This document shows positions 51,708 through 61,798 of a stretch of DNA of 64,000 nt, in pieces. Under the pieces are notes generated by a model, which saw only the letters and a program-made list of their open reading frames with translations, was not told the origin of the DNA and did not search any database. The position numbers and the translations under genes are program-made. This DNA comes from an uncultured Spirochaetota bacterium (GTDB lineage Bacteria; Spirochaetota; Spirochaetia; SZUA-6; CAVTHK01), in the NCBI GenBank assembly GCA_963734495.1, contig CAVTHK010000007.1:32001-96000 (forward strand), written 5' to 3'. The stretch's first letter is position 1. Each line of letters begins with the position of its first letter.

Positions 51708-52186
51708 GCACTTTCATCACCGTGGCTTTCCTCTGCCTCCTTCCGATCTCGGAGCTCCGCGGCGGCCTTCCGTTCGCGCTGGCCAAAGGCTGGAACCCCG
51801 TCGTGGCGGTGACCGCGTGCGTCGCTCTCAACTGCCTCGCCGGTCCGATCACCTACGGCTTTGTCAACACCGTGCACCGTCTGCTCGTCCGGTGGAAGCC
51901 GTACGAGCGGGTCTTCGACAAGCTCATCAACCGCGCGCGGCGCAAGGTCGCGCCGCAGGTCGAGCGTTACGGCGCGTGGGGCCTCATCGTCTTTGTCGGG
52001 ATCCCCCTGCCCCTCACCGGGGCCTACACGGGCGCGATGGGCGCCTGGGTCCTCGGCATGTCCTTCCGCCGCGCCATCCTCCCCGTGTGCGCGGGCGTGG
52101 CGCTTGCGGGCGTGATCGTGACGGCGGTCTATTACCTGGTGACGGTCGCGGGCGTCGAGGCCCTCCGGATCTTCATCAAGGGATAA
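51704..52186 (+). CDS. COG2426 small multidrug export-like membrane protein
   Basis: LPISELRGGLP and FVGIPLPLTGAYTG motifs. Confidence 0.88.
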   Translation: MSTFITVAFLCLLPISELRGGLPFALAKGWNPVVAVTACVALNCLAGPITYGFVNTVHRLLVRWKPYERVFDKLINRARRKVAPQVERYGAWGLIVFVGIPLPLTGAYTGAMGAWVLGMSFRRAILPVCAGVALAGVIVTAVYYLVTVAGVEALRIFIKG

Positions 52187-52190
52187 CCGT

Positions 52191-54241
<2,051 letters not shown>

Positions 54242-54352
54242 GGGTTCCCCGGGGGCCACGACCCCGGTGAGACACTCGCGAGGTCCGGGCTAAGGCTCAT
54301 GGCCCCCGCCGCCGACGATGGATAGTGGGGGCATCGGCCCCGGAGCCAACAG

Positions 54353-56824
54353 ATGAGCGCCCCGCAGCCTGTCATGGACAACGGACTTTCCCCGCAGAGC
54401 GCGCCGGCGGTTCCCGCGCGGCCGCAGCGCCGCCCGGGCGCGCCGCAGCGCGCGCGCAGGGCAGCGCCGCCGGCACCCGCGCCGCAGCAGCCCGGCAAAC
54501 CCGGCGAGGCGATCGCGTTCGACGACGCGGCCGGCATCTCGCCCGAGGACCAGAAAGAAATTCTCGGCGAGATCGAGAAGGTCGCCACCGAGAGCCGCAT
54601 CCAGGTCTCCGAGGAGATCTTCACGCTGCAGCCGCGGCGCCGCGGAGCGGTCTTCCCCTTCGTCATCAACCTGTTCTTCCTCTCCCTGCTGGTCGCCGGC
54701 ATCGCGGCGTTCGGCCGCATCTTCGGCGCGGAAGAGCGCTCTCTCACCCAGGAGGCGTCCGCGTTCGCCACCACCGAGGGACGCCTCATCGAAGAGCTGA
54801 AGAAGGAATCGCAGGAGAAGCTCCAGGAGAAGGACCAGCAGATCGACCAGATCCAGGGCCGCCTGTCCCGGCTCGACCAGGAGCGCCGGGACCTCGTGTC
54901 GTCGATGAACACCCGCATCCAGGACCGCGAGCGCGAGCTGCGCGCCGCGCTCCAGTCGGAGCTTGCGGCCGAGCGCGAGCGCCTCCGCGGCCAGGGCGTC
55001 TCCGAGGCGGTCATCGACGCGCGGCTTGCGACGCTGGAGACGCAGAAGGGCCAGGAATACAACAGCCGGCTCGCCGCGTTCCGGGCGCAGGCCGAGGACG
55101 AACGCAGGAGGGCCGAGGAGCAATTGCGCGTAGTGCAGGCCGAGTACAGCCGCAGCCTTCAGGGCCTCACCCAGGAGCGCGACCAGCTCACGGCGGACGC
55201 GAAAAAGAGGGAGGACGATCTCCGCAGCCAGCTCGAGGCCAGCTCGCGCTCGCTCGAGCGGGAAAAATCGGCCATCGAGCAGCGGCTCGCGCGCATCTCC
55301 GAAGAGAGGCAGAAGGAAGCGCTGGTCGCGAGCCAGCTCAACGGTTTCTACGGAAACGTGCGGGACCACCTGCGAAGCGCGCGCTACGATCAGGCCCTCC
55401 AGAGCCTCGCGAACATACGCTCCTACCTGAACGAAGACGGCATCGCGCAGCTTCCGGCGGTGGCGGCCCGCCGCGACGTCGAGCTCTTCGTCGTCGACTC
55501 GCTGACCCGCCTCGTCGAGACGCAGAGGTCCCAGGACGCCACGGACACGTCGTCCATCGTGGCGCAGGCCGCGCTGATCACCGAGATCCGGCAGGCGGTG
55601 GCGGCGGCCGACGCGGCCGCGGCCCGCCGCGACCTCCCGGAGGCCGAGCGGCTCTACCGCCGCGCGATCGCGCTCGTCCCGGACGTCGAGAAGAGCTACG
55701 CGTACCTCGCCTCTCTCGGCGACCGGAACGAAAGCGACCGGACCGCGCGCCTCGACGGGCTGCTGGCGCAGGCGGAGGCCGCTTTCACGCAGGGCCAGCA
55801 GGAGCGGGCGCTGGGGTTCTACCGGCAGGCGCTCGAGTTCCTGCCGGCCGATGCGGCGGCGAGGGACCGCCTCCTCGCGCGCGTGCAGGCCATCGGCGCG
55901 GGCAGGGAGCGCGTCGACGGCGCGGCCGCGGCCCCGCCCCTCGAGGAGGGCCGGGCGATGCTGGCCCAGGCGCGCTACCCGGAGGCGGTGGGCGCCTACG
56001 TCGAAGTGCTGATGCGCCGGCCCTCCCCTGCCCAGTCCCGGGAGGCTGTGGACGGGATCAACCGCGCCGTGGCGCAAGCGAAGCAGGCGTCCGCGGCGGG
56101 CGGCGGGGCGGTCGAGCAGCAGCTCGCGGCCCGGCTCGCGGAAATCGAGGAGCTCAAGCGCGAGGTCGCGGCCCGCGACGCGAGAATCCAGGCGTCGGAA
56201 AAAGAGGTGGCGGATCTCCAGGCCGCCCTCCAGGCCCTCAAGGCGAACGCGTCCCCGGACTCGGCCGCCCTCGCGGCGGAGCGGGACCAGGCGCGCGCGG
56301 ATCGGGAGCGGCTCCTCGCCGACATCGACGGCCTGAACAGGGAGCTCGCGACGCTCAAGGACGAGCTCGCGGTTCTGCGGCAGAAGGGGCCCGACGCCGC
56401 GACCGGTTCGAGCGGCGAGGCCGCGAGCCGCGATGAGATGCAGCGGCTGCTCCGCATCGAGAAATCGTTCCAGGACCTGCAGCAGAGCTACCGGCAGTAC
56501 GCCGCGTCCGAGGACCGGATCCTGAAGAGCCAGGGCGAGGCCGGCCGGCTGGAGAGCAAGCTCAAGCTCGACGCTTTTCTCACATCCGAGATGATGGAGA
56601 GCGCTTTCCCGGGGCTCTTCAACCGCATCAAGAAGTACGACCGCGCCTTCCAGGCCGTCGGACGCGACGTCGCGATCCAGGAGCTTTCGGATGTCGTCCA
56701 GAGCCTGACGAAGCTCGACTCCGCCAGCGCGCGTCTCGCCGAGCTCGACAAGCGCATCAAGACAAGCCCGGCGGACGCCCCGATGGTCGAGCTGCTGAGC
56801 GAGCTCAAGCGACTGGTCAGGTAG
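54353..56824 (+). CDS. membrane-anchored long coiled-coil/TPR hypothetical protein
   Basis: Single TM near residue 100-120, then extended heptad-rich regions flanking TPR-like helices. Confidence 0.75.
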   Translation: MSAPQPVMDNGLSPQSAPAVPARPQRRPGAPQRARRAAPPAPAPQQPGKPGEAIAFDDAAGISPEDQKEILGEIEKVATESRIQVSEEIFTLQPRRRGAVFPFVINLFFLSLLVAGIAAFGRIFGAEERSLTQEASAFATTEGRLIEELKKESQEKLQEKDQQIDQIQGRLSRLDQERRDLVSSMNTRIQDRERELRAALQSELAAERERLRGQGVSEAVIDARLATLETQKGQEYNSRLAAFRAQAEDERRRAEEQLRVVQAEYSRSLQGLTQERDQLTADAKKREDDLRSQLEASSRSLEREKSAIEQRLARISEERQKEALVASQLNGFYGNVRDHLRSARYDQALQSLANIRSYLNEDGIAQLPAVAARRDVELFVVDSLTRLVETQRSQDATDTSSIVAQAALITEIRQAVAAADAAAARRDLPEAERLYRRAIALVPDVEKSYAYLASLGDRNESDRTARLDGLLAQAEAAFTQGQQERALGFYRQALEFLPADAAARDRLLARVQAIGAGRERVDGAAAAPPLEEGRAMLAQARYPEAVGAYVEVLMRRPSPAQSREAVDGINRAVAQAKQASAAGGGAVEQQLAARLAEIEELKREVAARDARIQASEKEVADLQAALQALKANASPDSAALAAERDQARADRERLLADIDGLNRELATLKDELAVLRQKGPDAATGSSGEAASRDEMQRLLRIEKSFQDLQQSYRQYAASEDRILKSQGEAGRLESKLKLDAFLTSEMMESAFPGLFNRIKKYDRAFQAVGRDVAIQELSDVVQSLTKLDSASARLAELDKRIKTSPADAPMVELLSELKRLVR

Positions 56825-56854
56825 CTCGCGGACCCGAGCCGCGCGCGCGGTCCG

Positions 56855-57955
56855 TCACTCCAGGCTCGTCACGTCCGCGGTGGGCCAGGAGTACACCTCG
56901 AAGCTGAGGCTGCGCTCGCCGCCGTCCTGCTCGCCGGTGATCAGCGGCAGCACGAACAGCATCCGCAGGCGGGCTTCGGCCGAATCCCAGTATTCGCCCG
57001 CATAGCGCAGGGCGCCCATCGGGAAGTGCGAGAGCCTCCTTCCGTCCGCGCCGTAGATGCGCGCCTCGTCGCCGTGGCGGGCGAACAGCCGCCCTGTGCT
57101 GAGCACCGCGTCGATCCGGAATCCGTCCAGGAGCAGGGACGCGGTCGCGGAGGTGTTGCTCCATCGATAGGTCGTGCAGGCGCCATAAACGCCGGGCACG
57201 GACAGGTAGCTGTAGCCGGTCGCGGGGCTGTAGTGGTAGAACGAGGTCGTATCGATCGCCGCCGGCAGGCCGGCGATCGGCGCCGATGCCAGGACCGGAC
57301 CGGTCAGCGAAGGCGGCGAGGACCCATCGAGAGTCACCTCCCCTTCCTGGTAGCCGGTGCCGGCAGTGACCGGCGCCACGAAGCGCAGCCGACGCTGCGT
57401 CGGGAGCGCGGGGTCCGGCGGGTACACGAAGACGCCGACCACGTTCGGGGCCATCGAGGCGAACGCGGCTTGCGATGCCACCCAGCCCTTGAAATCGTTG
57501 TTAGGCGGCGCCGGGTCCTCGAGAGCGAGCGTCGAGCCGAGCACGCCGATCCACGTCCACAGGAATGGAGTCGACAGCCGCATGAGGAGGAGCCGGCCGG
57601 CAGCCGCCGGCGCGCTCAGCAGCATCGGCACGCGCGCGTCCTGCCACAGGCCGCTGCTCCACTGCCCCGGCGCCACGATGCCCCCGCCGGGCGAATAGGC
57701 CGCGACTACGTACCCCGGGCCGGTGCCCAGAATCCACCCCTGGAGCATGCCTCCGTCGAGCGCGGCGCGCTCGGGCACGAACGCATAGTCGACCGTCGCG
57801 TCGATGCTGCCGACGAACGGCCCTGCGACGCCGACGAGGTCCAGCTTTGCCGTCGTGAGCCGCGCCAGCGACAGCTCGGGGTTGAACGGCGGGAAACGGC
57901 AGGCCGCGAGCGACGCGAGCAGCAGCGCGAGGAGGGCGCGCCTCACCTGTACCAT
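56855..57955 (-). CDS. hypothetical beta-rich lipoprotein
   Basis: MVQVRRALLALLLASLAAC lipobox; beta-strand-rich mature region. Confidence 0.75.
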   Translation of the reverse strand: MVQVRRALLALLLASLAACRFPPFNPELSLARLTTAKLDLVGVAGPFVGSIDATVDYAFVPERAALDGGMLQGWILGTGPGYVVAAYSPGGGIVAPGQWSSGLWQDARVPMLLSAPAAAGRLLLMRLSTPFLWTWIGVLGSTLALEDPAPPNNDFKGWVASQAAFASMAPNVVGVFVYPPDPALPTQRRLRFVAPVTAGTGYQEGEVTLDGSSPPSLTGPVLASAPIAGLPAAIDTTSFYHYSPATGYSYLSVPGVYGACTTYRWSNTSATASLLLDGFRIDAVLSTGRLFARHGDEARIYGADGRRLSHFPMGALRYAGEYWDSAEARLRMLFVLPLITGEQDGGERSLSFEVYSWPTADVTSLE

Positions 57956-59178
57956 CGCAGCCCCACCCTGAACGCGACGAAGTCGATCAGCACTCCGCCG
58001 AGCGCCCCGCCCCACCACGGCTTGTAGAAGTAGCCGCCGCTCCGCTGGCCGTCGACGGTGATCGTGGCCTCGACTGTCGTAGAGTCCGCGCCGTGGACGT
58101 CGTAGACGACCGGGCCGTAGTCGGCGAACATCCGCGCACGCTTCGTCCCCTTGACCTCGACCCCGGCGGCCACGCGGTACGCGAATGCCGCGACGGGGTC
58201 CAGCGCTACGACGCGGTCCGTGTGCATGAGGCGTGCAGCGCCGGACGCGTCGACGTAGGGCCGCACGGCGGCGTCCGCGTCGAGAGGGGTGTAGCCGAAG
58301 CCGGCGACGAGCTCAGTGAGCGGAAGGTTCGCGGCGGTCTCGTCTTCGCCTTCGTTGCGGAGCCACGGGGCGAACACGTACGTGGTGAGCCCGAGGCGGA
58401 AATAGAACGGCCCGAGCAGCCTTCCCGCCGATGCACCCAGGTAGCTCAGGTTCAGGGTGTACCCTTCGAACAGCCAGCGAGGAGCCGGCGTCTGCGGGAC
58501 GCTGACCGTGCCGTCGGCGGCGGAGAGGTAGAGCTCCTCGCGCGCGGGCAGGTCTCCGTCCCGCAGCGCCTCGATCCGGTAGAACCCGGGCCTGACCACG
58601 GCCACGCGGCCCGTCCCGTCGGGACCGATCTGCACCGGCTTTTCCGCCAGGCCCTCCACGGCCGTTCCCGGCAGCGCCTCCACGGCGATCTCCGCGGCGC
58701 TGGCCACCGGCTCCCCCGCTTCTCCGCCCGCGAACTGCGCCGCCACCGCGGCCGCGAGACCGTCCCACGTCGCGACGTCGGCACCGGACAGGGCGGGCAC
58801 AGGGAAGGTCTTCGCGGCGACGAGCCTGCCGCTGCGGAGGTCCGCGCCGGTGACGGCGGCGCTCAGCCCCCCGCCGCCGCGCGAAACCGAAACGCGGACC
58901 CACGCATCCGCTCCCCGGCTCGACGCCTTGGCGCCGCGTTCCTCGTCGGACGCGGGCACCGCGAGCGTGTCGGATTCAACGACGGCGACGGACGCGCGCT
59001 GCAGCCGCGCGAGCAGCGTCTCGTAGAGGAAAACGAGGTCTTCCCGCGCCAGGGCCCCGGGCGGCGACGCCTCGAAGTACAGCATGACCCGCCGCCTGGC
59101 GTCCTGCTCCAGGGACCAGGCAAGAACGGCCGAGAGCGCGAGCAGGGCCCCGATCGCAACCCTTCTTCTCAATCTCAT
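57943..59178 (-). CDS. putative outer-membrane protein (periplasmic alpha/beta domain + PEGA-like + C-terminal beta-barrel)
   Basis: Signal peptide MRLRRRVAIGALLALSAVLAWS; amphipathic strands ending FRVGLRWYR. Confidence 0.65.
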   Translation of the reverse strand: MRLRRRVAIGALLALSAVLAWSLEQDARRRVMLYFEASPPGALAREDLVFLYETLLARLQRASVAVVESDTLAVPASDEERGAKASSRGADAWVRVSVSRGGGGLSAAVTGADLRSGRLVAAKTFPVPALSGADVATWDGLAAAVAAQFAGGEAGEPVASAAEIAVEALPGTAVEGLAEKPVQIGPDGTGRVAVVRPGFYRIEALRDGDLPAREELYLSAADGTVSVPQTPAPRWLFEGYTLNLSYLGASAGRLLGPFYFRLGLTTYVFAPWLRNEGEDETAANLPLTELVAGFGYTPLDADAAVRPYVDASGAARLMHTDRVVALDPVAAFAYRVAAGVEVKGTKRARMFADYGPVVYDVHGADSTTVEATITVDGQRSGGYFYKPWWGGALGGVLIDFVAFRVGLRWYR

Positions 59179-60386
59179 CAACGCCACTTGTACACCAGGC
59201 CGACGGACATGGGCGGTCCCATGTCCTGAATCTGGAGCCATCCCCGCGGGAGGAGGTCGGACGAGTCCTCGATGGCGTACTTGCCTTCGACGCGGAAGTA
59301 GACCGCCCATTTCCGCGTGTTCCACTCGAGCCACAAGTTCGCCGGGCTCACGTAGAGGTCGACTGCGTCGCCCGCGTCCCGCTCCGCGAAGATCGTGACG
59401 ATGCCGCCGAAGCCTGCCGCGAGGCCCACCCGGAAGGGCGAGTACGGGCCCAGGAAGAGGTAGCGGCCCACGAGGAAGCGGATGTCGTCGTGGAACACCG
59501 GCGAGGCCTCGGGCGCGAAGTTGCTCTGAAGGTAGAAGTAGCTGTCGCCGCTCACGAAGAGCCTGTCCGGCTCCAGATAGTAGCGCACGCCCAGGCCCAG
59601 GCCGACGATCTGTCCGGTCGTGTACACGGCCTCCGCGGCCCACCGGGTTTCGGGCCACATCGGGCCCAGCGCGGTTTCGCCGGCCCCGGGGGCCACGCGG
59701 ATCTTCTGGGAGCGGGGCTGGAACCCCGGCTTGCGGGTTTCCACCGTCAGCCGCAGACCGCCCGTGGCCGTCGGCAACACGGCCCGCCCCTGCGCGACGG
59801 TGGCGATCGGCCGGCCGCCGATGAGGACCTCGGCGCCTTCGTCCACGGACCGCAGCGTGAGGTCGTGCACCCTGGAGGCGAGCTCGGGCGGCACCGGCCC
59901 GGCTGCGGGCTCCACGAGCGAGAGCGCATCGACTACAGCGTCGTTGACGAGAATCGTGACGGCCAGGCCGGTGCGACCGCTGCGGACGGCCGAGGCGATC
60001 AGCCGGTCGTCCTTCGCGTCGTAGAGTCTGACCTCGAGGACGATGCGGTTGTCCTCTATGCGGTAGGAGCCGGTGATCGCCAGATCCGCGCCGAGGGCGC
60101 GCGCCACAGCGACCGCCTTCGGCCCGAACACGAGGTCCCCGGCCGGGATCCCGAGGCGCGCCCTGGCCTGCTCCCAGAGCGCGGGCTCCACGACGCGCAG
60201 CCCGGCGTTCGACGCCTCGACGTTCAGCGCCTCGGCGAGGATCCGCCCGTATTGCTCTTCGGCCCCACCCGGCGACAGGTTCGCTGCGGTCAACACCACC
60301 GCGGTGCGCCCGGCACCCGGCTGTTGCTGAGCGGCCGCGCATGCGGCGGCGGCAAGCAGCAGACAGAGACCAACCGGTAAGCGGAT
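59178..60386 (-). CDS. putative outer-membrane protein (TolB_N/CsgG-like + PEGA-like + C-terminal beta-barrel)
   Basis: Signal peptide from ATC at 60386 (RLPVGLCLLLAAAACAAA); ARALGADLAITGSY; GAEVLIGG PEGA-like; ends SVGLVYKWR. Confidence 0.7.
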   Translation of the reverse strand: MRLPVGLCLLLAAAACAAAQQQPGAGRTAVVLTAANLSPGGAEEQYGRILAEALNVEASNAGLRVVEPALWEQARARLGIPAGDLVFGPKAVAVARALGADLAITGSYRIEDNRIVLEVRLYDAKDDRLIASAVRSGRTGLAVTILVNDAVVDALSLVEPAAGPVPPELASRVHDLTLRSVDEGAEVLIGGRPIATVAQGRAVLPTATGGLRLTVETRKPGFQPRSQKIRVAPGAGETALGPMWPETRWAAEAVYTTGQIVGLGLGVRYYLEPDRLFVSGDSYFYLQSNFAPEASPVFHDDIRFLVGRYLFLGPYSPFRVGLAAGFGGIVTIFAERDAGDAVDLYVSPANLWLEWNTRKWAVYFRVEGKYAIEDSSDLLPRGWLQIQDMGPPMSVGLVYKWR

Positions 60387-60420
60387 GATGCACCCTCCCT
60401 TGCGGTCCCCTGTCGCCGTC

Positions 60421-60663
60421 GGGCTGAGCCATCCGTGGCTCTTGCCCACGCGGTCGTACATCTCCGGCGAGTACGCACCCCCTCGCTGCGCTCGGGGCCT
60501 TCGGGGACCAGGGCGCATGTACTCGCGTGGGCAAGCCCATCCATGGCCGGCCTTGCCTGGCGCTATCGTACGTCCATGTACAGCGCCGGGCTGAGCCGTC
60601 CATGGCTCTTGGCCGGCGCTATTGTACATCCGTGTACGCGCCGGCCTGTGGCATCCCTGCCAC
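60421..60663 (-). ncRNA. structured array of ANGGA-loop hairpins: candidate CsrA-binding sRNA or 5' leader
   Basis: Six stems closing C-ANGGAY-G hexaloops. Loops at 60431-36 ACGGAU, 60539-44 AUGGAU, 60572-77 AUGGAC, 60598-603 AUGGAC, 60628-33 ACGGAU, 60653-58 AGGGAU. Internal direct repeats present. Confidence 0.6.
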
Positions 60664-60692
60664 TTGCAAACCCTCGGAAGTGTATATATCAT
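60664..60692 (+). promoter_or_regulatory. sigma70-type promoter for TPR-greA
   Basis: TTGCAA (60664-60669), 17 bp, TATCAT (60687-60692). Confidence 0.65.
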
Positions 60693-60710
60693 CAACTTGG
60701 ACTAAATCAA
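60683..60710 (-). promoter_or_regulatory. candidate divergent promoter driving the hairpin array and outer-membrane operon
   Basis: TTGATT (60710-60705), 16 bp, TGa-TATATA (60688-60683); overlaps the + strand promoter. Confidence 0.45.
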
Positions 60711-60826
60711 GCTCGCAACAAGAGCTATGTGTACGGGAGAACAGCGGGCCAGCAGCTCTCGGCGATGGCGACCCTCCTGGCGCGGCGCCGGGGAGCGTTC
60801 GCCTGTCGACGCCAGTGTGTTCGGCG

Positions 60827-61777
60827 ATGGAAGAGAAGCAGCTGACCTTCAAGGAAGACGAGATCTCGCAGATGCTCAATCACGCCTTCGACCTGTTCCG
60901 GGAAGGGCGCTTCCCCGAAGCGGCCTCCCAGCTCGAGAAGGTGCTGCGCATCGACTTCGACTACCCTGACGTCACCGCCTCTCTCAAGTGCGCCAACTTC
61001 TGGCGCGAAAGGCAGGAGCAGCTCGCCACCATCGGAGAGCCCTACGAGCGGGGCGAGCTCCTGCTCGGAGAGTGGCGTCATTTCGTCGACTTCGTGCAGC
61101 GGATCGGCGGGGTCTCGGAAAAGGGCCTGTTCAGCGTGAGGCAGTACGTGTTCGGCACGGCGCTCGCGGCCTACCGCGGCCTCGCCGAGCAAGGCGGGTA
61201 CGACGCGGACCTGCTGCTGCGGATCGGGCGCTGCTACAAGGAGCTGGGGAGCTACGACCTCGCGATCGAGAGCCTGGAAAAGGCCAATCAGATGAAGAAT
61301 GGCGTCCCGTCGGTCCTCGCGGAGCTGGCGGACTGCTACGCCCTCGTGGGAGAGACGAGGTCCAGCAAGATCTTCTTCCGCGAGGCGTTCTTCCTGGGCG
61401 CCCGCGAGATCGATCTCTCGACGCTGGAGTCCGGCATGATCCAGAGGCTCGTGCAGCGGCTTCGGGGGATGGACCTGAGCGAGTCGGAAGTGCGCGAATG
61501 GGTCCCGGTCTACGGCACGGTGTACGGCGTGCTGAACGTCAAGCGGGAGCTGCGGCCGCTCGAATACGGCAAGCTCAAGCAGTCGATCTTCCGCATGGAG
61601 AACCAGCTCGAGACCGACAGGCAGGAGCGCGATCTGCTGGTGCCGCGCCTGCTGAACCATTACTTCTGGCTGATCGACCATTACGCGAGCACGGGTGAGG
61701 AGCGCGCACACGTCGAGGAGGTCCTCACCAGGGTAAAGCGCCTCGACCCAGCGATCTACAGGGAATACACGCGATAG
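60827..61777 (+). CDS. conserved spirochaete TPR protein upstream of greA
   Basis: TPR motifs (LLLRIGRCYKELGSYDLAIESLEKA), FREAFF, LLNHYFWLIDHY. Confidence 0.82.
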   Translation: MEEKQLTFKEDEISQMLNHAFDLFREGRFPEAASQLEKVLRIDFDYPDVTASLKCANFWRERQEQLATIGEPYERGELLLGEWRHFVDFVQRIGGVSEKGLFSVRQYVFGTALAAYRGLAEQGGYDADLLLRIGRCYKELGSYDLAIESLEKANQMKNGVPSVLAELADCYALVGETRSSKIFFREAFFLGAREIDLSTLESGMIQRLVQRLRGMDLSESEVREWVPVYGTVYGVLNVKRELRPLEYGKLKQSIFRMENQLETDRQERDLLVPRLLNHYFWLIDHYASTGEERAHVEEVLTRVKRLDPAIYREYTR

Positions 61778-61798
61778 AAGCGTCAGAGGGAGAGTGTG

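Noticed and set aside
60421-60663. CRISPR array interpretation of the repeated hairpins
   Set aside because: Repeats are of mixed types, irregularly spaced, lack unique 30-40 nt spacers, and no cas genes are in the window.
60390-60826. N-terminal extensions of the ORFs 59178-60695 (-) and 60527-61777 (+) through the intergenic region
   Set aside because: They read through a promoter- and hairpin-containing region. The signal peptide starts near 60386, and the TPR gene plausibly starts at ATG 60827.
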